The notes: generated from the sequence alone by a model not told the origin. A stretch of DNA of 63,434 bases, filler included, from Octopus bimaculoides (GCF_001194135.2; 6 parts of 6 records of this genome joined end to end with filler, not necessarily neighbours in it), one strand, 5' to 3'. Positions 26,501-38,336 are shown, counted from the first letter of the whole stretch. A program made the numbers and translations.

Positions 26501-29500
26501 TTTTTGTTTTTTTTTTAGGCTAGGAATGAACCGGGAGCTCAGATAATTAAAATGCCAGAAACAAAAACAGCAGAAAAAAAAGGAGAAAAGGCTGAAGTGA
26601 AGAAAGATGGTAAGATTTCTTTCAGAGATTGGTGTTTGTACTGCTTAGAGAAATTAGTAACAAAGTTCTAATAGGGATCATCTACAAATTGCTCTAATGG
26701 AGCGATTTGTAGATGAACTTGGTGTTTAATTGTTTAATCCTTTTGATATGAACCTGCCTTAAACCATTCTTGGCTCTATGATATGAATTTATTATTTTAA
26801 AGTGAACCAAGTTAAAACCATCCTTCAAATGTTCATTTGTTTCAAATATTAACTTAATAATGGCAAAGTTATTTGGCTAAATTCTTCAATTCTCTAGAAA
26901 TTAATTTAAACAGAAGCAGCAAGCATATCCCCACAGAAATATGGTAACACTAAGCCAGGGGTTTTCAAACTGTGGTCCGCAAGGACAAGACAGGGGGTCC
27001 ATGGACAGCAAATACTTTTTATGGGCAATTTGATTTTATATATGTTTTTTAATCGAAATCTTTTAATTGACAATAAACCTATTTGTTAAATAAATGTAAA
27101 AATATGTTATTTTAAGCAAATATTTATGTATAAATTTCATAAGTGTTTATAAGGGGTCCCTAAGGTAAAGCCTGAAATATAAAGGGGTCCACAAGTCAAA
27201 AAGTTTGAAAACACCCTGCACTAAGCAGTAAATTTAACAAAATCGCTATGTATACAATCCAGAAGGCTCTATATTGACCGGATATAAAAAAGATCAGTAC
27301 GTAACTATTCAGTTGGTTCTATATGTTTCTGTACGTATGAGTGAATGTATATAGATTCTAACTGTGTTTGTATGTGTGTTGTTTTATTTTTTTCAGAGAA
27401 AAAAGTTGGGGATAAGAAAGAAGGAGTGAAAAAAGTTGAGAAAAAGGAGCCAAAGAAAGATGACAAGGACAAGGGACTGCTGAACAGAAGGGATGAAAAG
27501 GACAGGAGAATATCCGGCAGGAGGCGGGACAAAGATAGGAAGACAGCCAGCAGGAAAGATGATAAAAAACTTCCTTGCAACAGCAGCAGTCATCATAAAC
27601 CATCAGGTCAGTCCCTAAAAGCTTAATCAAGTGCATGTGTGTGTGTGTGTGTGCTTTGTCCAAGACTTACTGTCCTGAAGACTATTGTACTCCTAGGTTA
27701 CTCTTTTACCTGTTTCAGTCTTTTGACTGTGGCCATGCTGGAGCACCGCCTTTAGTTGAGCAAATCGACCCCAGGACTTATTCTTTGTAAGCCTAGTACT
27801 TATTCTATCAATCTCTTTTGCCAAACCGCTAAGTTACAGGGACGTAAACACACCAGCATCGGTTGTCAAGCGATGTTGGGGGGACAAACACAGACACACA
27901 AACACATACAACATATATATATACATATATATGACGGGCTTCTTTCAGTTTCCGTCTACCAAATCCACTCACAAGGTTTTGGTCGGCCCGAGGCTATAGT
28001 AGAAGACACTTGCCCAAGGTGCCACGCAGTGGGACTGAACCTGGAACCATGTGGTTGGTAAGCAAGCTACTTACCACACAGCCACTCCTGCGCCTATAGG
28101 AAAAAGTTTGTGCACTGTGTTAAAATAATGAAATGAATGAACACACACACACCACAAAAATATATAAAAAAAGCATTATTTTAACACAGCGCATGAACTT
28201 TTTCCTCAACCTAATTAATATTTATCCTGCTTGATTATACTGATAAAATTTGTTGGGGATAAATTTGACTACTTTTCTTGCCTTTCTATTTGTAAATCGC
28301 TTTGATGACTTATTTTGTGAAAATGTTTCAGATAAAACTTGTGTGACTACACCAAATAAAAGTACAGCTAAACCAACAACAAGTTTGAAGCCAGCTACAA
28401 AAGAAGACTCTGAGAAAAGTGCAAAGCCTGCATCTCCATCATCAGCAAGCACCAAAGAGAAGGCTTCTGGTACACCAAAGCCTAAATCACAGGGGTCGTC
28501 TACTGCCTCTTCTTCCAAGAAAGATATTTTATCATTTGATCAAATAAAAGTACGTATGATTTTATGTTTGTGCTTCTTAGTGTGGTTAATGGATGTCATT
28601 TAAGTGTTTAGTTGAGGCTGTCAGACAATTGACTTAAGTATAATAGAATTTTAAAAAATGGGATGGCACCTGTGCCCAGCGTCGCCTTTCTGGCACTTGT
28701 GCCCGTGGCATGTGTAAGGACTTTCGAGTGAGATCGTTGCCAGTGCCCCTGGACTGGCTGTTGTGCGGGTGGCACATAAAATACACCATTTGAGCATGGC
28801 TGTCGCCAGTACCGCCTGACTGGCCTTCGTGCGGGTGGCATGTAAAAGCACCCACTACACTCTCAGAGTGGTTGGCGTTAGGAAGGGTATCTAGCTGTAG
28901 AAACTCTGCCAAATCAGATTGGAACCTGGTGTAGCCATCTGGTTTCACGAGTCCTCAGTCAAATCGTCCAACCCATGCTAGCATGGAAAGCGGATGATGA
29001 TGATTGAATAACATTTAATTACTCCACCCAAAATAAATGTGTTATCATTGATGTCAAACTGAAACTAGAGTTACTCTGAAAGCGATCACTAGTCAGTGCG
29101 TTCTTTTGAAATGTGGTGTTTCTCAAAGGTTTAGATTGTAGCTCTAAACTGAGATGTAATCTTAGGTGGATGCTTCAGTCATGCTGTTGCAGTATAGAAT
29201 ATGTGAAGGCATTTCAAACCAGACTGGATGAAAGTAGGTGAAATATTATTTTATGAGAATAGAAGCTCTGTGGGTTTGAGGATAAGGTACTGGACTACTG
29301 GCAACACGATTAGAAGTTCAAATCTTTCTGGAGCTGTTATGTTGTGTCCTATTTGCTACAACATATTGCATAACTCTGCTTACCCAAGTTTCATTGATTG
29401 ATAAAACTTATTCCACTGGTTGAGTCATTAGCAAGAGGTGGAGGATGCATGGGTGTAAAGCAAAGAATTCTTTTGTTCTATATCAGAAGATAAGGAGGTT

Positions 29501-30820
29501 TTATGATGTCATTCTGTCTGTGAGTTATATTGTTATATTAGTGTGGTGTTTGTCTTTTGACATGACATAATCTATATTACATAGCCTTTCTAAGGTATAT
29601 GTGGGTTTTTTTCTGTATTTATGTGGTTTTGTTTTGTACATTTTATGTTGTTGTCTGTTTAATTCTTTGCTATTTAAAAAAAATTATTTTCATTTCATAT
29701 TCCATTTTATGAAAATAAAAACAAAAACTCCACCAAATTTCTTGACAGAAGGAAAGAGAACGACAACGTTTACATCAGAGACGAAGGCGTCTTAGAGAAC
29801 AGGAGAGACGTCGTTTGAAAAAACTTGATTTGGCTCGTTCGCTTCAGCAAGATTTTGATAGAAAACAGAAAGAAAAAGCTCTTAAATTGGAGAGAGTTAG
29901 GGAGGATTTAAGGTCTGTTGAAAGTTTATAAAAATTTAGCTATTTAATGTTTACACTTAATGTACTATTTAATACACCTTGTTTNNNNNNNNNNNNNNNN
30001 NNNNNNNNNNNNNNNNNNNNNNNNNNNNNNNNNNNNNNNNNNNNNNNNNNNNNNNNNNNNNNNNNNNNNNNNNNNNNNNNNNNNNNNNNNNNNNNNNNNN
30101 NNNNNNNNNNNNNNNNNNNNNNNNNNNNNNNNNNNNNNNNNNNNNNNNNNNNNNATCGAGCGGCTTTTAATCTAGTGACCCCCAAATGGGAAGATCTGCA
30201 AACAGATCTCTGACTTGTTTGGTTGCAATTGCTTCCTCCGGAGTCATATCCCAATCATATTCGTCATTGAAGATCATGTAAAAAATTTGCCAAAAATAAC
30301 CACTGGATTTTGCAATTAATTTCAATTATTCCCAAAATTTATTTCCAAGTTATAAAAAAATGCTATGGTACAAAAAAATTCATCACAGAAAATCACATAA
30401 AAATATCGCCAAAAACAGTTGCAGTAATGAAAACTTGGGAATCCAAAATTTCAGGATTGCGGGTCTGGATTTGACCCAGAATGTTTTTAATTTACTCACA
30501 GAGTTGGCCTGATTCCAAAATGGTATGATAAGTTGGGCTATGGCCTCTAGGAGTAAAGCTGAAAAAGTGTGACACACTGGCACACTGACATTCGCATTTA
30601 TTATATTAGATGATTAAGAATTTTCGAAGAATAACTGTTTCGTCTACTATTACATAACAATATCTATTGGTCCTCTTCATATTGTTTTCATATTTTTTCA
30701 CAGGAGAGAGAGGCAGAGATTAGAAAAAGAGTTATTGCAAACAGAAAGATATAAGTTGGCACAAGAGTTTCTTGAAAGGGAGAGAGTTCGTGAAGAGCAA
30801 CATCGGGCTGAGATGATGCG
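9729..30820 (+). CDS. SAFB: Scaffold attachment factor B family (SAFB/SLTM) gene, partial: 13 phase-consistent exons; SAP domain/N-terminus and C-terminus not in window
   Basis: [84 protein letters not shown], the ILSFDQIK motif and an R/E-rich coiled coil are SAFB hallmarks; every junction is GT-AG and in phase. Confidence 0.92.
10110..10161 (+). CDS. SAFB: SAFB exon (52 nt, phase 0 to 1): [17 protein letters not shown]
   Basis: tttttAG|GTTTTG..GTTCTTC|GTAAGT. Confidence 0.7.
11128..11159 (+). CDS. SAFB: SAFB microexon (32 nt; alternative in-frame donor at 11168): [11 protein letters not shown](VGE)
   Basis: ttccAG|AAACTG..GATGAG|GTTGGT; phase 1 to 0 fits both neighbours. Confidence 0.65.
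12479..12714 (-). mobile_element. SINE with a 72-nt tRNA-like head (12714 to 12643), (AAT)n/A-run linker and hammerhead-like tail
   Basis: A-box TAGCATAATGG, B-box-like GAGTTCAATTTC, acceptor pairing GGCAC/GTGCC; tail GGACAC-CTGATGA-AGGCTG-GAGAGTAAAT-CAG. Confidence 0.7.
12744..12885 (+). mobile_element. Inverted second copy of the hammerhead-like tail (no tRNA head)
   Basis: CTTAGGAATGAGAACCCAGGG..GGACAC-CTGATGG-AGGCTG-GAGAGTAAAT-CAGCT-GAAAC..GATGAGGACACACATCTGTCCAATGTAAATAAT is the reverse complement of 12479-12600. Confidence 0.75.
13044..13256 (+). CDS. SAFB: SAFB exon (213 nt): [11 protein letters not shown]...ETDAALQ
   Basis: ttttcAG|AAAGCT..CTGCAG|GTAAAC; ORF 13023-13265. Confidence 0.85.
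13500..13730 (-). mobile_element. Family E RTE-tail retroposon
   Basis: Near-identical to other copies. Confidence 0.85.
13826..13859 (+). CDS. SAFB: SAFB microexon (34 nt, phase 0 to 1): [11 protein letters not shown]
   Basis: tttttcAG|GAAGAA..ATGG|GTATGT. Confidence 0.75.
14115..14467 (+). mobile_element. Family E RTE-tail retroposon, opposite orientation to the 13500 copy
   Basis: Ends GCATGGAAAGCGGACGTTAAAC(GAT)n. Confidence 0.85.
16430..16642 (-). mobile_element. tRNA-derived SINE (window family B)
   Basis: Minus strand GGCGGCGAGCTGGCAGAA..GAGTTCAAATTTCGCC..GTCGACTTTGCCTTTCATCCTTTCAGGGTCGAT; further copies at 33172, 38942, 39160, 50645, 50840 and 62215. Confidence 0.8.
16670..17400 (-). 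pseudogene. Degraded mariner transposase
   Basis: Minus-strand fragments such as [29 protein letters not shown] (HTH/GRP) and [16 protein letters not shown]. Confidence 0.65.
19556..20153 (+). CDS. SAFB: SAFB large acidic/Ser/Lys-rich exon (598 nt, phase 1 to 2)
   Basis: tctgtAG|CATTGCCA..AAGAG|GTTGGT; ORF 19558-20187; includes [20 protein letters not shown]. Confidence 0.88.
21869..22334. repeat. Inverted repeat: 134-bp arms (21869-22002 and 22201-22334), about 7 mismatches, 198-bp spacer
   Basis: Manual alignment; the right arm runs into a 10-N gap. Confidence 0.9.
22345..22778 (-). mobile_element. Mariner 5' fragment, same family as 45966-46780
   Basis: Shared CAGCAGGAAACAGAATT..GCAGACTGATGCC..TTTGGGTACC; encodes an IKFCFLLGK-like N-terminus. 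Confidence 0.75.
23112..23287. repeat. Inverted repeat: 56-bp arms (23112-23167 and 23232-23287), 2 mismatches
   Basis: CCATTCGATGTCAACATTTCTGTGCTCAACTC..TTGGAT vs ATCCAACGG..GAGTTGAGCACAGAAATATTGACATCGAATGG. Confidence 0.9.
23719..23759 (+). CDS. SAFB: SAFB microexon (41 nt, phase 2 to 1): [14 protein letters not shown]
   Basis: ttgcAG|TTCTTCC..ATCAAAA|GTAAGT; needed to reconcile the phases of the flanking exons. Confidence 0.75.
23903..23997 (+). CDS. SAFB: SAFB RRM exon 1: [32 protein letters not shown]
   Basis: tttaaaAG|GCAAC..GGCAAG|GTATAC; contains RNP2. Confidence 0.92.
24145..24670 (+). pseudogene. Helitron RepHel transposase fragment in a SAFB intron
   Basis: From 24237: [79 protein letters not shown]; after a frameshift [41 protein letters not shown]; these match the VVPYN..H.NVE, KY..KY, GRYI and VRL.VHL Helitron motifs. 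Confidence 0.85.
25157..25306 (+). CDS. SAFB: SAFB RRM exon 2 (150 nt): [23 protein letters not shown]...ISVER
   Basis: gtcAG|GTTGTG..GAAAGG|GTGAGT; contains RNP1 (CYGFVTM). Confidence 0.95.
25628..25880 (+). mobile_element. tRNA-headed SINE with a V-domain-like centre
   Basis: GGAGGCGCGTGGCTTAGTGG head, GGTTTCGATTCC B-box, GCGATGGACTGGTGTCCCGTCCAG resembling the V-SINE domain; related copy at about 33990-34167 (minus). Confidence 0.7.
26519..26609 (+). CDS. SAFB: SAFB exon (91 nt): [30 protein letters not shown]
   Basis: poly-T AG|GCTAGG..AAAGATG|GTAAGA. Confidence 0.88.
26956..27218. mobile_element. hAT (Buster/Charlie-type) MITE, 263 bp
   Basis: TIRs CAGGGGTTTTCAAACT / AGTTTGAAAACACCCTG; perfect 8-bp TSD CACTAAGC (26948-26955 and 27219-27226) with central TA. 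Confidence 0.9.
27397..27606 (+). CDS. SAFB: SAFB exon (210 nt), K/D/R-rich
   Basis: tttcAG|AGAAAA..CCATCAG|GTCAGT. Confidence 0.88.
27696..28211. mobile_element. Tc1/mariner-type MITE (about 120 bp) whose left TIR is split by the 27700-28096 SINE
   Basis: TA-GGTT|SINE|GGAAAAAGTTTGTGCACTGTGTTAAAATAATG vs CATTATTTTAACACAGCGCATGAACTTTTTCCTCAACC-TA. Confidence 0.7.
27700..28096 (-). mobile_element. Full-length family A tRNA-derived SINE
   Basis: Minus strand GGCGCAGGAGTGGCTGTGTGGTAAG..GGTTCAGTCCC..(TA)n..GCTCCAGCATGGCCACAGTC; more than 15 partial copies, e.g. 115, 4845, 5950, 10730, 11876, 31605, 41843, 43070, 48620, 52380, 55618, 57933, 60316, 62455. Confidence 0.88.
28332..28549 (+). CDS. 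SAFB: SAFB exon (218 nt) ending [11 protein letters not shown]
   Basis: tttcAG|ATAAAA..ATAAAA|GTACGT; conserved ILSFDxIK motif. Confidence 0.9.
28662..29001 (+). mobile_element. Family E RTE-tail retroposon
   Basis: Near-identical to the 14115 copy. Confidence 0.85.
29749..29912 (+). CDS. SAFB: SAFB coiled-coil exon (164 nt): [22 protein letters not shown]...ERVREDL
   Basis: ttgacAG|AAGGAA..TTAAG|GTCTGT. Confidence 0.88.
30704..30820 (+). CDS. SAFB: SAFB coiled-coil exon (117 nt, phase 2 to 2): [19 protein letters not shown]...AEMMR; last visible exon
   Basis: ttcacAG|GAGAGA..ATGCG|GTGAGT. Confidence 0.88.
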
Positions 30821-31085
30821 GTGAGTAAAACAGACATTATTACATTATTTTTTCTCTCAACTCAATATGATTTGAATCAGTGTCTGTGAAAGAACTGCAT
30901 TACACAATATCATCAACATATGTCTGTTTTCCATGCTGGCATGGGTTTGATTAGAGCTGGTAAGGCCAGGGGCTACACTAGGCTCCATTGTCTATTTTGA
31001 CGTGGTTTTTGTGACTGGTTGCCCTTCCTAACACCAACCACTACATAGTATGTACTGGGTGCTTTTAATGTGGCACCATTTTTAA

Positions 31086-31375
31086 CCCATTGCCTACCAG
31101 TGATCTCATATGAGATCACTTAAAAATTACAAATTTCGTAATTATCTGTCAATATTTACACATATCTAACCTTTTTGCTATATCTACTAGGTATATTTCT
31201 CTGATATTCAAATGAGGTTTGCTAATTTTTCACCCAATATCTCGCTTATTTCTATCTAAAATGTTATTTTGAAATGTTATTTTGATCATTCCAGCGTGTT
31301 TCTAAGGCTGTTTTATGCTAGAAATCAAAGTTTCATAAAAAAATTCCAGTTAATAGAATTATGGGAGGTAATGGG
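31086..31375. mobile_element. piggyBac-type MITE, 290 bp
   Basis: TTAA-CCCATTGCCTACC ... GGGAGGTAATGGG-TTAA (13-bp imperfect TIR, TTAA TSD). Confidence 0.8.
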
Positions 31376-31379
31376 TTAA

Positions 31380-31479
31380 NNNNNNNNNNNNNNNNNNNNN
31401 NNNNNNNNNNNNNNNNNNNNNNNTTAATTAATTAANNNNNNNNNNNNNNNNNNNNNNNNNNNNNNNNNNNNNNNNNNNN
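31380..31479. other. Artificial scaffold spacer (linker 31424-31435); SAFB is truncated here
   Basis: 44 N + TTAATTAATTAA + 44 N. Confidence 0.9.
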
Positions 31480-33511
31480 ATATGAAATATTGAGTATTAG
31501 ATATATAAGGACTAGTATACTTTTCTGCTTTATAGCAGTCATCAAGGTCCCGTCTGACAGATGTACTGTAGTCAACTAGGCATTCAATAATATATATATA
31601 TATATATATATATGTGTGTTTGTCAGTCTATGTTTGTCCCCCACCCCCAATGTCGCTTGACACCCGATGCTGGTGTGTTTACGTCCCCGTAACTTAGCGG
31701 TTCGGCAAAAGGGACCGAAAGAGTAAGTACTAGGCTTACAAAGAATAAGTCCTGAGGTCGATTTGCTTGACTAAAGGCGGTGCTCCAGTATGGCCGCAGT
31801 CAAATGACAGAAACAAGTAAAAGAGTAAAAGAGAATAGAAGTATAAAAGACTGCATTATTTATGGGATGACCCAATATATATGTGTGTGTGTATTTATCT
31901 GTATATATAAACACACGCACAATATTCATGTATCTGTGTATGTATGTGTGTCTATAGATATATGTGTATACACACATACATACTCACATATACACAAATC
32001 GGCAGTATGACACATAATTACCATACAGGGTACATCATAAGTAGTCTTAGAGTGGCATTTGTAACAATCGGAAAGAGTCAGCTTTTGCTACATGATATAC
32101 AGGAAATATACGGGATCGTAGTTTGTGTGTTTGTGTGTGTATGTGTGTGTGTGTGTCTGTGTATGTGTGTGTGTGTGTGTATGTGTATGTGTGTGTGTAC
32201 ATACATATATGTGTTTGTATATCATGTATATATGTGCATATACCTAACTAGGTATTTATGTTTATGTGCGTCTTTGAATACACAAGTGCACACACACATA
32301 CACACACATACTCACACACATACGCATTCTCACACATATATATAGAGAGAGATAGGTGGACATATAGAGAGAGAGAGATAGGTGGACATATAGACAGACA
32401 GACAGACAGATAGTTAGGTAGACAGATATGTAGATAGACAGATAAAATGATATTTTGTGACATAAGTATACATATGCAGTGCTAGAATGTCAATCAAATG
32501 CATATACTCACATGTACATTTAAGTATGTCCATACACAGAAGCCTGGATAAGATAACACGGAAACTAGGTATACGTATTAATTCACAAATTGACACTCGT
32601 ATCCTCACAAAGATACACGGCTACGTATCTTAATATATCCATACATAGACACAAACACATTCTTACATACACACACACACATGCGCCATGCACGTTCACA
32701 TACAATATAACGTCACTTACATATTCAAAGAAAAGTCATGCACATATAAACTACGAAAAAATATTTCTTCCTTACATACAAGTCCACAATTTTTGGTAAG
32801 GGTAGAAATGAGTAAAATACCTCCAGTATTTTTCTGATATTTATTTTAACGACCACGTAAACAGTATTAATATCTGCTATAGTCATAAGTCCTTAAAACT
32901 GGAGGAGAGGATACAATTATCTTAGCAACGATGGAGTGGCCCAAGTGTTAGATCTTCGGACAAAATCCCGGATGGCATTAGGTTATGTCTCCTTACATTT
33001 TCCGTATAAATCCTGCAAAGGTGAACTTAACTTTCCATTTTTTTCGGGTAAGTGAAAGGAAATATAATAAAATGAAGTCTTGGGTTTTCGGTTAGCTAAA
33101 TGATAAAAGTATCAGAAAATGCATTGTGGTATATATTCCAGCCTTTGCCATTCTTAATCCGCCGTCTAACGCAGCGAGCTGGTAGCAACGTTAGCACGCC
33201 GGGCGAAATACTTAGCTGTATTTCGTCTGTCTTTACGTTCCGAGTTCAAAATTCGCCGAGGTTGACTTTGCTTGTCATCCTTTCGGGGTCGATAAATTAA
33301 GTAATAGTTGAGTACTGGGGTTGATCTAATCGTCTGACCCTCTCTCCCAAAATTTCGAGCCTTGTACCTAGAGTAGAAACGATTCTTAATCTGCCGTCTA
33401 ATCGGTATTGAGGTGCTTTGATCGGATTTCACTATCTTGCAAAGTTTCGCAACAACTCGAATGTCTGAAAATCATAGCTGCCCGTTATCCCACAAGTATA
33501 ATAATCAGCCT

Positions 33512-33890
33512 GGAGGTGCAATGGCCCAGGGTTTAGGGCAGCGGACTCGCGGTCATAGGATCGCGGTTTCGATTCCCAGACCGAGCGTTGTGAGTGTTTA
33601 TTGAGCGAAAACACCTAAAGCTCCACGAGGCTCCGGCAGGGAATGGTAGCGAACCCTGCTGTAATCTTTCACCACAACTTTCTCTCACTCTTACTTCCTG
33701 TTTCTGCCGTGCCTGCAATTCAAAGGGTCAGCCTTGTCACACTGTGTCACGCTGAATATCCCCGAGAACTACGTTAAGGGTACAAGTGTCTGTGGAGTGC
33801 TCAGCCACTTGCACATTAATTTCACGAGCAGGCTGTTCCGTTGATCGAATCAACTGGAACCCTCGACGTCGTAAGCGACGAAGTGCCAAC
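33512..33890 (+). mobile_element. Full-length tRNA-derived SINE (window family D) with 14-bp TSD
   Basis: Head GGAGGTGCAATGGCCC..GGTTTCGATTCCC; TSD ATAATAATCAGCCT at 33498-33511 and 33891-33904; partial copy at 63218-63352. Confidence 0.9.
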
Positions 33891-35797
33891 ATAATAATCA
33901 GCCTCCGACTTTACTCTCTCGAGTCCTAGGACTCACGGAGGTGGTTAACCATTTTCTATGGTGTATAAATGACAGAGATCACAACAATAACCATGGACGG
34001 GCTAATGACCATTCCAGAATTATTCAACCACAGTTGAGTAGAATGGTGCAACGTGAGATGAAGTGTTTTACCCAAGAACTCCATATATCCCCGCAACCCG
34101 GGAATCGAAACCAAACTCTTACGATCGTGAGTAAAACGCCGTAACCTCTAGGCCACTCGGCTTCACCACCAATATCGGAAGCACTGCGAATATAATGGGT
34201 GAGGGGCACCCATTAGATTCTTTCAATAATCGTGAAAAGAAAAGATAAAGGCAGCCCGATGAGTTCAAATTTGTGCTCCATATTTTAAATATTGGAGACG
34301 GTTTATATTCGTGTAACACATCCACAACATGAATGGAATTAAAATACAAGACAATTATTTTCGAAGGGATCGAGAAGATGGAAGACAAAGAGTAACTGAG
34401 CTGGATTTAAACGCAGATGATAAAAGCATGTGACTTATATAGCTCAAAGCATGACCCTATCGTATATGACAAGAACTTATTTGACAGATACCTAGTGATG
34501 GCTAAAGGAATATGACTAACAATACAAGGGTTGTCATTTGCAGTTCCCCTAAATTTATCATCCGCTTCATTTTACATTTGAAATAGTATACAGAGATACA
34601 CATCCAGGTATCAGTCTGATCTCACAAACATGCACACGCACACACAAATACACACATACACACACTCACACACATACACATACACACATGCAGAAACATA
34701 CCAACACACACACAAGTTTTCATCTACACAAATTTTCACCAATATATGCAATATATTTTTATATACACGTTTTCTCCCTCATACATACACAGAAGCATAT
34801 ATACTCACACACACACACACACACATATATACACAGATATCTATGTAAGTATGTATGTNNNNNNNNNNNNNNNNNNNNNNNNNNNNNNNNNNNNNNNNNN
34901 NNNNNNNNNNNNNNNNNNNNNNNNNNNNNNNNNNNNNNNNNNNNNNNNNNNNNNNNNNNNNNNNNNNNNNNNNNNNNNNNNNNNNNNNNNNNNNNNNNNN
35001 NNNNNNNNNNNNNNNNNNNNNNNNNNNNNNNNNNNNNNNNNNNNNNNNNNNNNNNNNNNNNNNNNNNNNNNNNNNNNNNNNNNNNNNNNNNNNNNNNNNN
35101 NNNNNNNNNNNNNNNNNNNNNNNNNNNNNNNNNNNNNNNNNNNNNNNNNNNNNNNNNNNNNNNNNNNNNNNNNNNNNNNNNNNNNNNNNNNNNNNNNNNN
35201 NNNNNNNNNNNNNNNNNNNNNNNNNNNNNNNNNNNNNNNNNNNNNNNNNNNNNNNNNNNNNNNNNNNNNNNNNNNNNNNNNNNNNNNNNNNNNNNNNNNN
35301 NNNNNNNNNNNNNNNNNNNNNNNNNNNNNNNNNNNNNNNNNNNNNNNNNNNNNNNNNNNNNNNNNNNNNNNNNNNNNNNNNNNNNNNNNNNNNNNNNNNN
35401 NNNNNNNNNNNNNNNNNNNNNNNNNNNNNNNNNNNNNNNNNNNNNNNNNNNNNNNNNNNNNNNNNNNNNNNNNNNNNNNNNNNNNNNNNNNNNNNNNNNN
35501 NNNNNNNNNNNNNNNNNNNNNNNNNNNNNNNNNNNNNNNNNNNNNNNNNNNNNNNNNNNNNNNNNNNNNNNNNNNNNNNNNNNNNNNNNNNNNNNNNNNN
35601 NNNNNNNNNNNNNNNNNNNNNNNNNNNNNNNNNNNNNNNNNNNNNNNNNNNNNNNNNNNNNNNNNNNNNNNNNNNNNNNNNNNNNNNNNNNNNNNNNNNN
35701 NNNNNNNNNNNNNNNNNNNNNNNNNNNNNNNNNNNNNNNNNNNNNNNNNNNNNNNNNNNNNNNNNNNNNNNNNNNNNNNNNNNNNNNNNNNNNNNNN

Positions 35798-35880
<83 letters not shown>

Positions 35881-36660
35881 CGTGTGTGTGTGTGTCCATA
35901 ATTTCTCATACATGTACGGAAAGACATCAGATTCTCGCCTGTACAGGCATCTCTCCGCACATATGCACACAACACAGACGCCACTCAAGTTGACATAACA
36001 CAATGTTTCTCTCTTTCTCTCCCCACCCTCCCCGTCTCTCTCTCTACTTCTCTCTTTGTCTCTCTCAGTCTCTCTCCCCCTTTCTCTCTACAACCCTGCA
36101 ACCCTTACACACACAGTCACGTTTACCCACATACACAGCTTCACACAATTCTGTATACTAAGCTTTTGGCATAACTTCTTAACACAGGCATACACAGTTC
36201 AAGAAATTCAACTTCTTCAATATACATACACACATCCAAACACACACACATACACACTATTATATAGACATAATTTCACATACACACACATACATACACA
36301 TTTATGTGAAATCGTACACATATATGCACAGACATCTCCATATACAAACATATTCAAAATCAATTCTGTGGACATAATTTCTCACACGTATAGTCGCTTA
36401 CCCTCAGTCGTTCATGCAAACTCAATTCTATAGATACAATTTCACAGTAACACTCGTCTACATACACATATACATACATCCATACATACCAATATATTTT
36501 CACACACGCACACACACATATACATACATACTACACACATACATATATACATATACACGTATGGCATATATGACATACACACATACACACACATATATAT
36601 ATGTTCGTATTCCCTATTTGTTGTTCTTTCACCTCGACTTCGTGTTTTCTTATTTTGGGA

Positions 36661-36729
<69 letters not shown>

Positions 36730-37221
36730 TGTGTATCTGTGTATACATGTGTATACATGTGTGTGCGTATATATGTTTGTACGTACGTATGTATACAGTA
36801 AATGAAATAAACAGGCACGCAATTCCGTAGACAATTTCCCATTCACGCATAGACACGTTGAATCATAATCGCACATGAATCTATATACACACTGCATCAC
36901 ACTAACACATACATACACTATACACACACACACACACACACGTGTCCGCGCATGCACGCTTGATGCACATACACACATAGGCATACATACACGCGCTCGC
37001 ATATGTCCAAAGACCAACAGAGCAGTCAAAAGCCATCAGTTCCTTCCCCAAAGAGTGATGCCGACAAAAACCTATCATTACATACATTACCATTTCAGCT
37101 TCATAATTTACTTATGACAGTCTTTTCCAGCTCATGACTCGGCATTCATTAATGTCCGTTGATTGGACGGCACAGAGCAGACGAGCGTGACGTCAATGCC
37201 TCGTTGTCATTTTAAATGTTT

Positions 37222-37266
<45 letters not shown>

Positions 37267-37323
37267 NNNNNNNNNNNNNNNNNNNNNNNNNNNNNNNNNN
37301 NNNNNNNNNNNNNNNNNNNNNNN

Positions 37324-37370
<47 letters not shown>

Positions 37371-37439
37371 TTTCTCTCCCTCTCCCTCTCTCACTCTATT
37401 ATTCTCTCCGTTTCTTCTTTGTCCCTCGACTCTCCCTCT

Positions 37440-37572
37440 CTCTCCATCACCACCACCATCACCATCACGAGAACCACCACTACCACAATCACCTGACTCA
37501 ATGCCGAACAACCACAATCAACATCAAATCCGTCGACGTTCTCGTCGTCGTCATCGTCATCATCGTCATCAC

Positions 37573-37605
<33 letters not shown>

Positions 37606-37607
37606 GC

Positions 37608-37638
<31 letters not shown>

Positions 37639-38336
37639 TATAACCATCAATACCGCCGCCATCACCAACCACTGCAACTATGTTTAATCATCATCGTCGT
37701 CGTCATCATCGTTATCATCATNNNNNNNNNNNNNNNNNNNNNNNNNNNNNNNNNNNNNNNNNNNNNNNNNNNNNNNNNNNNNNNNNNNNNNNNNNNNNNN
37801 NNNNNNNNNNNNNNNNNNNNNNNNNNNNNNNNNNNNNNNNNNNNNNNNNNNNNNNNNNNNNNNNNNNNNNNNNNNNNNNNNNNNNNNNNNNNNNNNNNNN
37901 NNNNNNNNNNNNNNNNNNNNNNNNNNNNNNNNNNNNNNNNNNNNNNNNNNNNNNNNNNNNNNNNNNNNNNNNNNNNNNNNNNNNNNNNNNNNNNNNNNNN
38001 NNNNNNNNNNNNNNNNNNNNNNNNNNNNNNNNNNNNNNNNNNNNNNNNNNNNNNNNNNNNNNNNNNNNNNNNNNNNNNNNNNNNNNNNNNNNNNNNNNNN
38101 NNNNNNNNNNNNNNNNNNNNNNNNNNNNNNNNNNNNNNNNNNNNNNNNNNNNNNNNNNNNNNNNNNNNNNNNNNNNNNNNNNNNNNNNNNNNNNNNNNNN
38201 NNNNNNNNNNNNNNNNNNNNNNNNNNNNNNNNNNNNNNNNNNNNNNNNNNATCAAAACATCATCTTTATTAATGTTGCAGTAGTAGTAGTGGTGGTAGTG
38301 GTGGTGATGGTGGTAGTGGCGTTAGTAGTAGTAGTT

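Noticed and set aside
30170-30615. Possible Helentron/HINE-like element ending TATATTAGAT
   Set aside because: The left end is lost in a gap and no subterminal hairpin could be confirmed
25628-33890. SINE heads as functional tRNA genes
   Set aside because: They run on into SINE bodies, have degenerate stems, and one carries a TSD
37090-37200. Minus-strand DINEC peptide suggesting a calcium-binding EGF exon
   Set aside because: No further cysteines, a stop follows 10 codons later, and there is no acceptor site
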